Source: Lingula anatina (Eukaryota > Animalia > Brachiopoda). From it: 64,000 nt of DNA. The stretch is from assembly GCA_051362555.1 (NCBI GenBank), contig CM120643.1, positions 28,400,848-28,464,847 of the forward strand. The letters run 5' to 3'. A model generated the notes under the pieces. That model was not told the origin of the DNA and made no database searches. It saw nothing but the letters and a program-made list of their open reading frames with translations. The position numbers were made by a program, and so were the translations under genes. How positions within the stretch are numbered: position 1 is the first letter of the stretch; each line of letters starts with the position of its first letter. Of the stretch, positions 39,869 through 54,000 are shown in pieces.

Positions 39869-40414
39869 GAGCGCATTCTCAACGAATTAAGCCAGGCTTT
39901 ACAAAGCCGGTGACCTAAAAATGGCGGACGTACATGAAAGAAAAACCGCCTAATCTTTTTATAGTCTCTCCGCCTACCCACACGTCCTCCCTGCGGGGTA
40001 CAGTAATTAAATCTCGGCTCCGTTCGCCATGCGGAAGCTACCTGAGAAATATTAAGTGCGCATGCTCATCAGTTAAACTCGTGGTGAAGAACGCATGGCG
40101 GCTGAAGGCGATCGAAGGAAAAAAGCTCTTCTGTTCTATTATCTTTGAAAACAGAGACGAAAAAGGAATAATTTGGCCCGTAGAGCAGCAATGAATCGAC
40201 TATCTACGGAGATAATATCACCAGAGATATTCACGGAAATATTAATGTTCGGAGCCGAGATTTAATTACTGTACCCCGCAGGGACGACGTGTGGGGAGGC
40301 GTGTGAGAGGCGGAGAGACTATTAAAAGATTAGGCGGTTTTTCTTTCATGTACGTCCGCCATTTTTAGGTCACCGGCTTTGTAAAGCCTGGCTTAATTCG
40401 TTGAGAATGCGCTC
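39869..40414. mobile_element. 546-bp MITE with ~155-bp TIRs and a TGA TSD (Harbinger-like)
   Basis: TGA-GAGCGCATTCTCAACGAATTAAGCC ... GGCTTAATTCGTTGAGAATGCGCTC-TGA. The paralogous empty site TCTGATACACC is at ~26285. Confidence 0.9.
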
Positions 40415-40496
40415 TGAAACACCATCATAATCGTTGAAGTCGGATCATTGTTCTTCTAATGCCACTCCTGTCTAAATAACAGTGTTTGTTCAGGTA

Positions 40497-43400
40497 CAGT
40501 TGTCGGAATAATTTTGTTTCCGTTGTACACCGGTGTAACATCGTTCGAAATGTTTTAATCCCTATCTTGTGAATAGAAGTGGGCGGACAAACAATGGAGG
40601 GCCGTATAAATCCCTTCAAAATTCGAACGCACAAACACAATAGCTTAGGTGGAATAACACAATACTTAATACGAGTGAACCCCATGACGCCGGTTTCTGT
40701 GGCCCAGCGCGAGCGTGACAATCCGCTGTAACTAGGTGTAATTATCAGCAGGATACATCAGCCAGAAGGTCCCTATTGTTTGTTGCGGAGATAGGATTAT
40801 AGCTTGAAGAGACTAAACCCATGCTAAGGCGTGCCACGCGAAGCGAACTGTCCTTTAGTTCACTAGTTTGGCACGCGCAGCTGGTTTTTACTGTTGCTAA
40901 CAAACTGCTAGTTAAATTTGTTATCAGTTATTTCATCCTATATGAACTAATTATTTTTTGTTTGGTTGAAATGCATGAGCGTCAGCATCAATCTGTCTCA
41001 AAAAATTCCTATTGCATTAATTTATAAATGTATAATTTATTTATGTACTTACGTTTTAATTTGAAATATCTGCATTCAAGCGTTCAAGTATTTATAAAAC
41101 ATGAATGATAATGAAAGAGGAATAAGGAAATAACATATTACTTATAGTATGCTTATATTATAATAATGAAATTAAATGAGGTGCATTGACATAGGCGCAA
41201 TGACAATCCAACTACAACGTGCAACAGGGGGAAGTCTGGCTGTATGATCATACAATATACGAAAGTACGGTCAATTAAAAGTGTAAATCATCAGTTAAAG
41301 AGGAGGGGGTCTTACTATAACTCGCTATCTATTGTTAAACCCGACTGTTATTATCTCTCGAACAAGCTTAAAGCATGCCTATACAATTACTGTGTCTCCG
41401 GCTGCCGTTCAGAAACACCATGTCGAACATATTTTGCTACAGTAAGAAACATGGTACACAAGCGACTTGTTTTAGATCACGCAAGAAAGGATGCATACGT
41501 GCGACACCAGAGGAAAAACAATCAAGTATGCATCTGATCCATTAATAGTAATTGCACAGTGCATGTTACTAGACCTTTGTCCTAACTCAGTAGTTAGGAA
41601 TAGGATGTTTGGATAAAAAGCTTCTATTCAACTCGCTTATATTAGACCTAGGGCGTGATGCTATCATCCGATGAAACACGTAACTGAACCCTCTACCTGA
41701 ACCTGAAGTCCCTTTAGCTGAAACAAAAACTGCCCCTTGAACATGTTCATTTTTTAATCGTCAAATGATTTGTGATTTCATTGAACGTCTTTGATCGAAA
41801 GCTTTCAAGTGACAATAACCGAACCGTGTGTTGATTATTTATTAAAGCGTAATTAAGTTTATTCAACATGATCTATTTTGTAAACGATACTTGCCGAGAT
41901 TGAGCTTGGATTGATCACCGTCACTATTTAGCTACTCGCCTATAATGCATGCTGAACGACAGACAACTTAAAATATTATCTGTGTAACTGTGCAAATGAA
42001 TGCATTTAGTTAAAATATAACTAAGCCGGCATTTAATCCATCGAACATATTTATATTTGTTCTTTTAAAACCAGTGTAATGTTAACGCCAAATCAAAGCA
42101 AGCCTTGCAGACTGGTTTTGTTTAAACTGTCGTGCATCAAGTAAAGCTAAGTAAAGCCTGTTTCTACTTTGCAGTGTTCATCCCAGCCATAAAACTGCAT
42201 GAAGGATAACAAGACTCCGTAGACCTGTGCTTCAGGTTTCCAGGAGTCCCGTGTAATACAATAATATCGAAGGCCTGAGAGTAATACATATATGAGGCCG
42301 TGTATGAAAGATTTAACAAATTAGAAATTCAAGAATTTAAACATGCTAGGTACATGCACATCACTTAATAAGTCATTTCACAAAAATCGCATCTAATTGT
42401 TTAGATTAACCTTTACTTTTATCGATCTCATCCCATTGTCTCAACCACCTAAAAGAAATATAGAGAACATGAGGAAAAGTAACACGTTTACATGCAGGCG
42501 AAGGAGTTATACTTCAGTATTAATCGCGAACAATAACAACAGCGACTAAAGACCGTTGCCTGTCTTTCACACTTTTACACAAACACACGAAGGTTTAATA
42601 AGGGAGTCGCGGCGCGATATCTATCTCTTTCATTCGAACAAGCAAAGGGCTGACCCGAAGTACGCTTTCTATACTAATGTCCTTTTTATTGTATATTATA
42701 ATTACTCTACTTGCTCGCCTCCATTGTCTTGTAAAAGTGACAAAGAATGTGTTGTATTCACACACGAGTTGAAAGAACTTTGCATAACTCCTTTGCCTTA
42801 AGTTGCATAATGTCTTTCTCAAGGTTATAATCAGTGTGAAGAGGGTGTCTTGCCTCATTTAAAAAGGGTGTTGATCTTCATACTGGTTGTTGCTTAACTT
42901 ATGCTAATTTTAAACTTTTATGTACCAATATGGTTTTAATAAATTGCCAAAATTATGAATTTAATGAACATTGTGTATCAAACGTTTTGATACGATTTAA
43001 ATAAATGGACGAGGAGGATTACGGTATTAGGTTCTATTTACCTCTGGCTTTAACTTCGCCCTGCTATATAAATGAACAAATGTTGCAGATCGTAACAAAA
43101 AACTTTCTTATAGTGTTTTATGACATATATGATTTACACATTTGATAGTGAAACACTCCGAATCACCTGACGTAAACTGTCTACCCGCGCTGTTTCTTTT
43201 AATTTTGAAATGAATTGCTTTTAGGGCAAAGAAGTCCATTAAACCCTTTAGTCTCAATATCATTGCACAGCATGTTGTAATTGATATTTAAAAAAGTTAA
43301 TTTTTGTACTCCGCTTTCATCGAGGATACCTCAAGTTGAGGTTACAATTACGTCGCTCGCCTATGCTACTGGAATATATATTTAAGGACAAATTAAGCTT

Positions 43401-44861
43401 TGTAAAGTCCCTATTGTCACACACCATAGATACTTTATTTTGTCTTGAATGAAAAAATAGCCTCAAATTATCGTTTTGTGCTTAAACCTTTCATTACTTG
43501 AACCAAGATATGTACTATACAAATGTAGCTACCAAGACGTACATGCATCAAGTTGGGTCTGCTGGGGGAGGGGAGCATTTAAATGATAAACGAGGAAGTC
43601 TACCTGCAAAAGCAGCAGCAGTGCTTTAAATAATCGCTATCTAGGCTCCTTTTTCTTTGACAGCAACATAAAAAGTGTTTAGGGAGAAAGTCACACAAAG
43701 ACCCGACGTTGTTTTGTCTTCAGCATTTCCTCTTCCTTGTTATCTGCAATTACTATCGTCAATTAATGAAATCGAGAAAGCAATTAAGTGACGGCACATT
43801 GAATATAGTCACTAGGTGCATTTCGCTGAGTGTTTACAAGATCTAGCGACACATTTTATCGCCACGCGTTCAAGTTTGATTAGTTTAGAAAATTAAACAG
43901 TTACTCTGGCGGTTCTCCGTCATTGCTATGAATCTGACATCGAATTTAGTCCAAAATATTAGTAAATTCAGAATTATTAGCTAAAACGTAAATTGCCCTA
44001 ATTTGTCAGATAATCAAAAATGCCGGTGATCCACGCGGAGGGTTCGCTTTCCTGAAGGTAGCGGCGACGAACGACGACGATATTTTTCTGAATAGTGAAC
44101 CTTTATTAGTTACGAAAAGCCCCCTTTTCAACAGGCGCGTTTTATTAATTACATCATGTCACAAAGTTAATTTATACAGGCAAAACTTTATTCAAGAAAA
44201 TAGTTTCACGAAATGAACGAGAGTAAAATATAAGTCAGCACAAATATAAGGCATACAACAATGAGTCATGTTATGGATCATGTTATGGGCCATGTCGGAT
44301 TATAATGGCATACCTTGATGCAAAACAGTCTATCGTTTCTTCCACCGCGAGTCCCTTTATTTAATGTAATGTATTACTCATTACCCGTTTCATTTGACAC
44401 TCTCTTTTTTATCTCCCTTCCCCTTTCTCTTGTTAGAAGGAGGGTAAATAATAAAGCACTCAAAATCTGCACCACCAATCTTCAGAAAAACATAAGTCAA
44501 CGAACCAGTGGGCTGATCCACAACATCCGACACAGCAGAATGAATCAAATAACAGCTAGCACAAATTTATATGCAGTTAGCTATAGTGCCACTACATGTA
44601 CATACATAATCAGCTGCACGCGCGAAGCTGTTGAACAAAAGGATAGTTCACTACGGGAGACCCTTTGTTTACATAAGTACTCTAAGGGGGCGTGGCTACC
44701 CAGTCGACCAGGGGATTAGGCTAGTTACTATATGCCGTCAACAATCGTTTAGCGACCCTATCATTATACACTCTCTCTATTGTATTTTCCACCGCATTAA
44801 TCGCAGTGTAATCTTCAAATGGTCCACGGGGTAAATGTACACATTCTTAATCCGAGTACGG
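40497..44861 (-). mobile_element. 4.4-kb TA-flanked family, full-length inverted copy
   Basis: GTTCAGG-TA[CAGTTGTCGG...GAGTACGG]TA-TCTACCACC. The flanks rejoin to match the uninterrupted paralogous sequence at ~9203-9222 and ~26372-26392. Confidence 0.95.
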
Positions 44862-44961
44862 TATCTACCACCGGAAAACAGATTTTTTTTTTTTTTTTTT
44901 TTTCTGTCAAGTTGCATGTAATGAAACGTTTTCTGTGAGTAGGGTGTGTAACATGACAAAG

Positions 44962-45095
44962 AGTCCCCCATAACAGAGAGTCCGCTTCCCAATCATTTGT
45001 ACAGGTGAGCATCGCCCTAGATTTTGACCCACTTAGGTCAAATTAACCCTAACCATTATAACTATATGGAGGGCGGACTTTCTGTTACACGGACT
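44962..45095. mobile_element. Small MITE-like inverted repeat
   Basis: AGTCCCCCATAACAGAGAGTCCGC versus GCGGACTTTCTGTTACACGGACT. Absent from the paralogous flank at ~26450-26480. Confidence 0.55.
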
Positions 45096-46828
45096 ATCAG
45101 TTTCATTCTGATCTTTGTCCCATAGGTTGGCCTGACCCAAGCAATCTTCCCAATACCCCTGTTTGGTGATGACGTTGATTTCTATGGAAATGTCCAGTAG
45201 GTTGGCAATTCTGCTGTCCGAAAACGATACCGCTTTATCAGCTGTATGGTCAAAATACTAAAAACCTTCTCACTTAAGATCCATATTATTTAAATATAGA
45301 AGACGTTGGGATATTTCAACGATCACCCTCATTTTCACGATTGCCGCTTGCCTACTCGTTAATTAAATAAAAGCCATGGGTACTGTTGTAGCAATGTACA
45401 GAAATGGAGTAACACACGTCTTGGCAGGGTACATGCAGTTTATATGGTAATGTAAATTCAGGGCGGAGCACAATTCGGTAGCCTGTTGATACAGAGAAAT
45501 TACAATAACTGGTAGCTCGTGCAGTCGACCTGTTTAATTCTGTAACAGACAATATATGTACGGATTTCCGTCGGGAATCAATGCCATCAATGCCAAATTG
45601 TGCAAAATATGTATTTTCTGGAAACTGACGAAATTACCAAATTATTAAATATACATGCTTATGGAGTGTAATCGAAAATGTACTCATTTCATTTTGTTTA
45701 ACAATTTATATAGAGTGTTAATTTAAGTTGCATACCCTAAATTAAAATGGAATCAACCCAAAAGGAATGTATTCCATGTTTCTCAGGGTATAAAATGGCT
45801 AGCTCTTTGCGATGTCTTACTCTGTCAGCATGGATTTTCAAGCAGTGCGACTTGATTTACAACATGGCAGGTACAGAAGACGAACAACCAACAATCAGAA
45901 AAGAGCAATTAGGAGAAGCGCCGCAAACCATTATAAAGTAAGTTTTATACATTTATACTCGTTTAACTTCAGGACTGTTTAATAAAAGCGCAACTTACAT
46001 GTACATTTAAGGTACATATTTATCTTTCTGTTTTAGCTTGAAAGCGGCTGCTTATATTACAGAGCTGTGAGAAAGATAGTTGGAGTAGAGAGTGGGAAGG
46101 AAGAGAGGGAGAAGAGGAGATGGAGGAAAGTAGTAGAAAGCGAAGATAAGAAAACTGCCTTGTTACAAGAAATGCACGACAAAGAGAAATTGACATTGAG
46201 GAGAAAAAACAAGTAATATACTGATTAATAAAATAAACTTTTTTTTTGTAAAATTAGGAAGTTAACCAAAGGCACTTATGTATTCTGAATAAATTTATAT
46301 TTCTTAAGTGATGTTCTTTCTCAGTTGCATACAAAAGATAATCCTGCAAATTAAAGTTTATGAAATTCTAACAATGCACATTTATACTACGCGTTACACT
46401 TTAACAGAGGTTAATAATGTTTATTTTACCTTTAATCCTTATAATATTTCCCTCCGTATCAGTTAACATCATGTTCAATGTCATTATTAAATTGCATGTT
46501 TTAAGTGTGAGATTTCATTATTGCTCTTCAATGCGGACTTTCAGTATTAAAACGTAGGGTCCTAGGACTTTCCGTACTGAAATAGAGTGTCTAGGGGGAC
46601 TCTACATTTCAGAACATAGAGTCCGGGACCCGTTATTTCGAGACAGGGAGTCCGCCGGACTCTCAGTTTTAAAACACCGGGTCCGCCGGACCCTAGAATG
46701 GTAGGACACTGTGTTGCTTGACACCGGCCACAAAAATGGGCAAAAAATATTTGGAATGCTCTTAAAATATCCAGGAACGTACAAAAATTGTCTTTCCGAC
46801 CATATTCTTGCTCATTCCGCCTCTAATG

Positions 46829-47432
46829 CACCCTGAGCTTCAGAGATAACTTGACACTAACCTCTTCACTATAGCCTATCTTCATCGTGTCAAGTTACCT
46901 CTGACCACATTCGATTGCCTCCGCCGCCCGCCAATCAAATTTAAAGCCCGCACTCAATGACTCATTGAACGATCTAGCCAATGAACGCGAACGAGTCAAA
47001 GCGCGCTTTGTTCAAATCCGGACCAATCAAAGATAAGGCTGAATATCAGGGACTTGCCGTAACCTGTGGGCAGCACGCAAAATACATCATCCCTCAGTAG
47101 ATAATTATGCAGGGCATCAAACTGCTCTGGTTTCAATTCCAATATACTCCATGCTTTCTTTGTGTACGGTTATGCACTCGGAACTACTCGGATGTCTCCG
47201 CACTCGACAAAAACTATGTTGTTAGTATGGAGCTTGCGGAATCAGCCGAGGATTGCCGATTGACGGTCAACCAATCAGCGTTTTCACCAAACTTTGGTGA
47301 AAAATTTTGAAACATGGATTCGATTGGCTTATATAAACTAGGTCAAACTATTTTCGTCAGAGGTAACTTGACACGATGAAGATAGGCTATAGTGAAGAGG
47401 TTAGTGTCAAGTTATCTCTGAAGCTCAGGGTG
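46829..47432. mobile_element. 604-bp MITE with ~77-bp perfect TIRs and an 8-bp TSD (hAT- or P-like)
   Basis: CTCTAATG-CACCCTGAGCTTCAGAGATAAC ... GTTATCTCTGAAGCTCAGGGTG-CTCTAATG. Confidence 0.92.
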
Positions 47433-48608
47433 CTCTAATGTGGCGGAGGTATAAGATATCCCATACGGAGAAAGGGATTTTGCACTTAAATTGTTAAAAA
47501 ATGCGTCATTACATGTATCTAGATAAATATTTTACATAAAAGAAACCTGAACAAGATGCTTTGAACGATTGGTGCTATTTCAACATATCAATCTACTGTG
47601 TGTAACTAAAGCCACGGTCACACGGATTTTAGGATCGTACATCCCCTGCGAATTTTGCGTGCATTAGAAGCCGTGGAGGGCGTAGAGGTAGACGAAAGAC
47701 AGCCTTGCGAGTTGCAAGGGCCAAATGAAATGTCCTTTCAAGCAGGAACGCTAATTGCAAGGTGCAGGGGTCCTGGAAATTGTTCTCATTTCATGGGTTT
47801 GTCTTGCTACCTGCGTACGTGGCACGCACTCACCACTATTGAAGAAAAAACAAAGCACGGCGAAAGTAGTTCCATTTTGCTTCACACTTGCCTCACACAC
47901 TTTTTATGACGTACTAACCGCGTACGTCAGTTTTGCCTACTGTTCTCCCCTTCTTTCTTCTTCTTCTTTCTCCCTTCTTTCCTGCTCTTTAAGGCTTTTT
48001 TCTTGCCCTTTGGAGGCATATTAGAATCTGAATTAAGCAACATTCTAAATATTTGAAAATTGTTGCACATGTTGCACGATCTTCGTTAACTTTCGAGACA
48101 CGACCGTGCGTCGTGAGAACACCTTTTATTCTCCTGGCGTAGGGGTGACGCACGTGCAACGCACTTCCGCGGTGCTTTCGACTTTGATCGTTAGTTGTGA
48201 GGGCGTGCGCCGCACTCAACACGCAAAAGGCACTTGCCCCTTCATTGCTTGCGACGTGCGTCTTGGACCACGCACGTCTCACCTGCGAACTCCTTGCGAG
48301 GGATGCGATTCCGTTTGCGGCCTCGCTGTTCGCAGATTATTCGTAGAATCTTTTGGACATGTCCGACTTCCTCCGTACGTGCATGCAGGCTGTCTGCGAA
48401 CTGCACGTGAGATTATGTGCAAAAGGATGAGTGCAGATAAGAGGGCAAAAGTGCCCACCTTTGTACATGAAAAATAAATTGTGAATGAATGGGAAAAAAA
48501 AGTTATGCCAAATGAAAGTTAGGGTCTTACACTTTTATGATCCACTTAAAAACTTTTTTTATTTGAAATATAAAAAATTGAGGTCAAAATGACCTTGTCA
48601 AATATGCA

Positions 48609-48639
<31 letters not shown>

Positions 48640-48749
48640 GGGGGGGGGGGTTCTGAAGTGCAATGCTACATATCTATAGTAATAGTAAGGGGACAACTGT
48701 GAAATTTTGTAAGTGGGTACTGAAGGTGCACGTGTAAAAAAAGGCACTG

Positions 48750-51027
48750 CTCTTGATTCTAAACATGAAAATAAACACCCATACCTCTTAACCTCTGACC
48801 TTCCACGTTTAATCAAAAATGGACCAAAATACTCCACACCCACATAAGTAAAGCATGGTTCATTGGGTTAACTCTAGCTGTTGGCAAATCAGCCATTCTT
48901 TGCTGACATGGTAACGCATTGTTTCGCTTACATCTGACACATTTGCTGATCACTCTGCGAATAGATTTCCTTGCTCCCATAATCCAATACTTCTGTCTCA
49001 ATTCAGAAAGCACATATTCCCGTCCACTATGTCCTAAGGCTTTGTGTTGCTCTTTAATTATCAAATCTACAATATGGTGCTGTGGTAAAATCACTGGATT
49101 TTTTATCCCTTCTGAAATAGCTGAATTGTTCAATCTACCACCAACTACTAACACACCTGAAGAATGCATCACTGGTGCAAGCTTAAATAGCTTGCTTGCA
49201 CGTTTAACACCACTCTGACTGTTTACAGCTCGATTAATTTCTGAGAGCTCTTTCCCAAAGTGTTGCCCTTGGATATACAGGGTTACCACTTAATATGGAA
49301 TATCATTTTTTGGTGAATTAATTTTCTACAAAATATTAAATTTCTCTCTAACTACTTTAAATCCAAAGCTGAGGTGTCACTCCATGTGTAGCCAGATGTG
49401 TTACCTAATTACCACACAACTCTCGAAACAATTGATGCTTGCAGTTGCATGTTCTATGGACAGAAATGTGAGGGGTGGTCTTTTCGGCAATTTCTGCCCT
49501 TGTATAAAAACGCATGGGTTTGGTCAATCTTTGGAGCGTGTTTAGAGAAGCAACAAAGGGATCGCTCTGAAACTTGACAGGTACCTTAATGAAGATATGG
49601 TACGACAGCAAAGCAACGCAGCTTACTATGGGATTCTTGCTCTCAGAGAAAATGGCCAGAAACGGACAGCCATTGCCAGGTAATTCAACATTTATCAGGA
49701 ACCGTTTGTGAAGTCCTCCAAAGAAATGCTGCTACAGGGGCACCTACTCCAATATCTCGACCAGGGTGTCCGCGTATCACACCAAGAAGACAGGATCGCC
49801 TTCTCCTTAGTGGACGCCGTGCTGGTCGTACAAAGACAACCAGTGTCCTCAGAAAAAAGAGGCAGAATGTCATTCAAACACCCGTTTCAAGGTCCCACGT
49901 GAACAAGAGATTTCTGCAAGCCGGTTATTTTGCACGAAGGCCAGTAGGGAAACCACTGTTAACAGCAGGTCATATACAGCGACGTCTGCAAAGGGCTGGG
50001 GACCACATGCGTTTGCAGCCAAAACACTGGAATCACGTTGTTTTCAGTGATAAGGCCAGATATGGATTTTTTAGGGTTGATCGTCGAACCCGTGTCCACC
50101 GACGTGCACAAGGGGCGTAAAACAATGATTGTGTACTGCCTAGGGTGCAAGCAGGGGATGGTAACGTCTCTGTTTGGGGAGCATTTCATGTCGGTGCCCA
50201 GAACCAGTTGGTTTTTCTAGGAGGCAACCTCATCCAGGATTCCTACAGAGACATTCCACAGCAAACAATGCTTCGATTGGTAAGATTCATCTTCACGAAC
50301 AACTTTGTGTACCAAGACGACTGCGCAACCCCACATCGAGGCCGCAGAATCACTGTTTTTCTTCAAAACCAATGGGTTCAGCAACTGCCCTGGCCTGCAA
50401 ACTCTCCAGATTTGAACCCAATTGAAAATCTGTGGGCGGAAGTAACTCACAGAATTAATAGCTAGGGTCCTCGGCCGGTAAATAGTGATGAACTGCGACA
50501 GGCAAATATCACTGCGTGGAATGATATCCCCACCCAAACTCTAAAAAACGTGTCACAGGATATGCCATGTAGGATGAGGGCGCTGCAAGCGGCTGCTGGA
50601 GGTCATACCCGCAATTACTGACTTTTCATGATTTACTGTAGTGAGTTCTTTGACTGTGTAACATATCACTGTCCGGAGGCTATCATTTTCTTTAATATCT
50701 TATCTTAAAGTTTATACTGACATCAAACTGTTGATATGGTTTTCTGGGGGTGTTCCTTTCTTTTGAATGGCATCTTATGTCTGATTTAATATTATTGACC
50801 AAAATATCTCACAACAGAAGACTGGATGTTATTATCACTCAGTGACATACTTTTTTAATGACTCAAGCCAAAAAAAAAATTAATCAGCACTCAAAAATAA
50901 CAATGATAAAAAATATTCCATATTAAGTGGTAACCCTGTACTTCAAGATTTCTAACTCTGCCTTTTCTATTTCTTCCACTGAAAGTGGACCTGTGGGTAC
51001 ATTCACCTTTTCTCTTCTATGTCTTTG
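48750..51027 (-). mobile_element. BEL/Pao LTR-retrotransposon integrase-region fragment, split by Tc1
   Basis: Motifs LVVGGRL, HKALGHSG, LRQKYWI, CVRCKR, QRMADLP, YFGPF and [13 protein letters not shown]. Removing Tc1 and one TA restores PLSVEEIEKAELEILKYIQGQHF. Confidence 0.88.
49278..50938 (+). mobile_element. Tc1 (DD34E) DNA transposon, 1661 bp, with a decayed transposase (~49590-50620)
   Basis: TA TSD and a 26-bp TIR CAGGGTTACCACTTAATATGGAATAT. Motifs VVFSD, VSVWGAF, YQDD...H and WPANSPDLNPIENLW, with 34 residues between the second D and E. Several frameshifts. Confidence 0.93.
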
Positions 51028-54000
51028 TTAAGGTTTGGCCCGTCTTAGCTGTTATGCAACATCGGCGTAGATGGCGTTTTACTTTTTGGACTAGAGCACG
51101 CGCTTATCATAGTTATGTTCTGATCATTAAAAGTCACTAATTCCCGCAATGAGGTAAGACTTTATGAATCATTTAGTAATTTAAACAGTTAATAAGAACT
51201 TTATAAGTTGTAATTGTAACATAATTTAAGGATAATTTCTTAATTTGATTTATTTTGTTCATTTCAGTTTCTACGTGACAATTTCAATGACAAGCAAATA
51301 AAATACACTATAGCTAATAAGTCCCCGGTCACTTTAATAGCACACGCTGTCTACATCAGACGCGCTAATGCGCACGTCCCCGACAGTGTTAATGATAGGG
51401 GGATTACGATGGACAGCGCATGTTGCTCACAGCAGTAGGCACTGCCGCCGAAGTTAAACCGGTAATTAAGTCTTTAACTTGACTAAACATGTTTTGCTTT
51501 GTAACTTGCGTCCTTCAGTCTTGCTGTTGCGGAAGCACCGGCGGGACATATCTCCACCTTGCCGATATTTATCCCGACTCTCGACTTTAAAAGTATTATT
51601 GGTTTTGATTTTATCAAAGTCTTATTATATCAGAAAACCTGCATATTTTCATACGTTAAGAGAATTATAGAAACTGTAGAAAAAGCTACTCGTACATCAG
51701 GGATAAAAAACAACACCTTGCAGCACTATTACCTATTATTCATCACCAGAAGTTACTGTTTCACTTTTTTCTCCCAAATTACAAAGTCTGATGACAACTG
51801 AAAGCCTTTAGCCATACCTCAGGGCAGTGGGAGATAGTCTGGATTTGTTTAAATGTAATAAAAGTATATTTTGAAGAATTTTCCTAGCCTTCGGCAATTT
51901 CCGCAAAGCTTCGGCATGCGCGGCAATACAGAGCTGTCGATATCTGTATGCATGAACAGTAGAAGTGGTGGAACAACGGTTAACGTCGTTGAGTTGTCTG
52001 CAACCTACCCGACGGGAGTTCGTGTCCCTGTCGGTACTTTTGAAGATTTTGAAATTGTCATTATTATAAATATCTATTAATATATAAAACAGTCGTGGCT
52101 AATTGTTTTTGCAACGGAAAGCACAGTAGGAAGGTTTGTTGTTTTTGTAAAATTATTATTACTGGGGACGTAAATTAGTATGCTAATCTCTTATCATGGT
52201 ATAATGATTGATACGATGGGTATCAAATAGTTTTCCTTTGATATAAACAACAAAAGAGCGGCCTTCCAAATATCTTTGCTGAATGTTTATAACGTAGGTA
52301 CTATTATGCGCAAAAATATTGATACATGACGCAAACGACATTTACTAATTTTGGTAATATCAATTTTAATTAAAATTAAATTTAATTGAAATTAAAATTA
52401 AAATTTGTCTAAACGTGCATATTACCATTCACCTTGTTTAAAGGGTTCGCAACACTTTATATTACATTCTAATACATTTTGCCAATTTTCATGTTTGCTA
52501 GTTTATTTTGATTTGAGAGAAAGCGAGAGAAGACCCTCTACTAGGGCCGCAAATTAATTATGAGTATTTTTCTTCAGTGCAAGAGACTGTGTAATGAAAA
52601 ATCAATCTGTAACTCTGGTATAGGGTGGCCTTGTGTGTGTAATAATATACAAGTAGGGGCAGGGGTACAGTTTTATAGTACAAATAGTCATTTTATACAT
52701 CTTATTGATCTCATCGTCGGGTCATTGTTTACAATAGCGCTTTGTCGCTGTGCGTACCTTTTTGCATTTGAGTTAGACTCAGTCAGTAACAGCTGGTGAT
52801 TTTGTCTTTTTTGCGTTTCATTGACAATATTTTGGCCACCTAAGTAGGGAAATGTGGCTCTTTGTTTTGAAATGACATTTCCATTGTTCCTTTGAACATG
52901 CAAAAGTCAACACACTTACGTCAACATACTTACTTTGTAATACCAACCCAGGGGAAGAAACAAAAGCCTCATAAGGTGTCGTCATTCACACTGTAAAAGG
53001 TGTTAATATCATGCTTCTATTGTTTGCCCATGAATCATTATGACAAATTTGTAGGGTTGCCAGATCACTGGCGCTTCATTCAATTCTCTATATCTGCCCT
53101 GCAGCCTGGGATGAGTGATACTTGACTGACCTTTGTTTACATCTGGAGATTTTCTTTATAATTCGATCAGTGTGCATAAATTATGATATTTTCCATCAGG
53201 AAAAATACGTGATAATGTTACGATTCTTATTTTACGGATACATAATTACAAAAATTAATTCCTGATTTAATACCCCCTATTTCAGCGCCTATTCCTGGCT
53301 GCGTTAATTATGGGGGGTTGGAAAGTAATCCGTTAGAACGCAGAAGTGATGATTGCTTCTCTTACCAACGGTGCATCACCGATCAACTAATCTCAGCCAC
53401 CTGAAGCAGAAGAGAGTGTAGCAGAGAACTTCATTAATGGTCGTCATAATTGGTGGTTGCCTTGGGAAAATGAGTTACATGATTACATAATACAGATACA
53501 TAATAACATAAGATTAATACTAAAATTTTCCCTGATACAAAACCCCCTATTTGAGCGCTTATTCCTGACTGCGTTATTTACGGGTGATTAGAAAGTAATC
53601 TATGAGGACGCAGGAGCGATGATCGCTACTCTTACCAACGGTAAATCACCGATTTACTTGACTCCGCTACTTCGAGCAAAATCACACACCACCAAAAGAC
53701 AAATTAGACCACGTTCGTCCTCTTATTAAAACAAAGAATGTAAAAATGTGATGTCGGTCAAAGAAGAGGCCTAGACTACGTGCTTCATGGTTTATTAGAT
53801 AGGCCTATTCATTGGATTTTTTAATTTCATTATTATAGCTTCACCTCGCGAGACCCTTTTTTATATATTTAAAACACAGCACCCCACTGGTTTCGCGATC
53901 ATGAAGAAAGGGAGTGTAGCAAAGAACCTCATTAATGGTCGTAATAATAGGTGGTTGCATTGTAGGCCTAACCTTGTTCATTTTAGTCGACAGACTAAGC

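Noticed and set aside
47610-48745. GC-richer ORF cluster (47655-48477)
   Set aside because: Starts with a Harbinger-like terminus (GCCACGGTCACACGG) and consists of subterminal-type repeats. No protein motif and no second terminus were found, so it is not called as a gene or a complete element.
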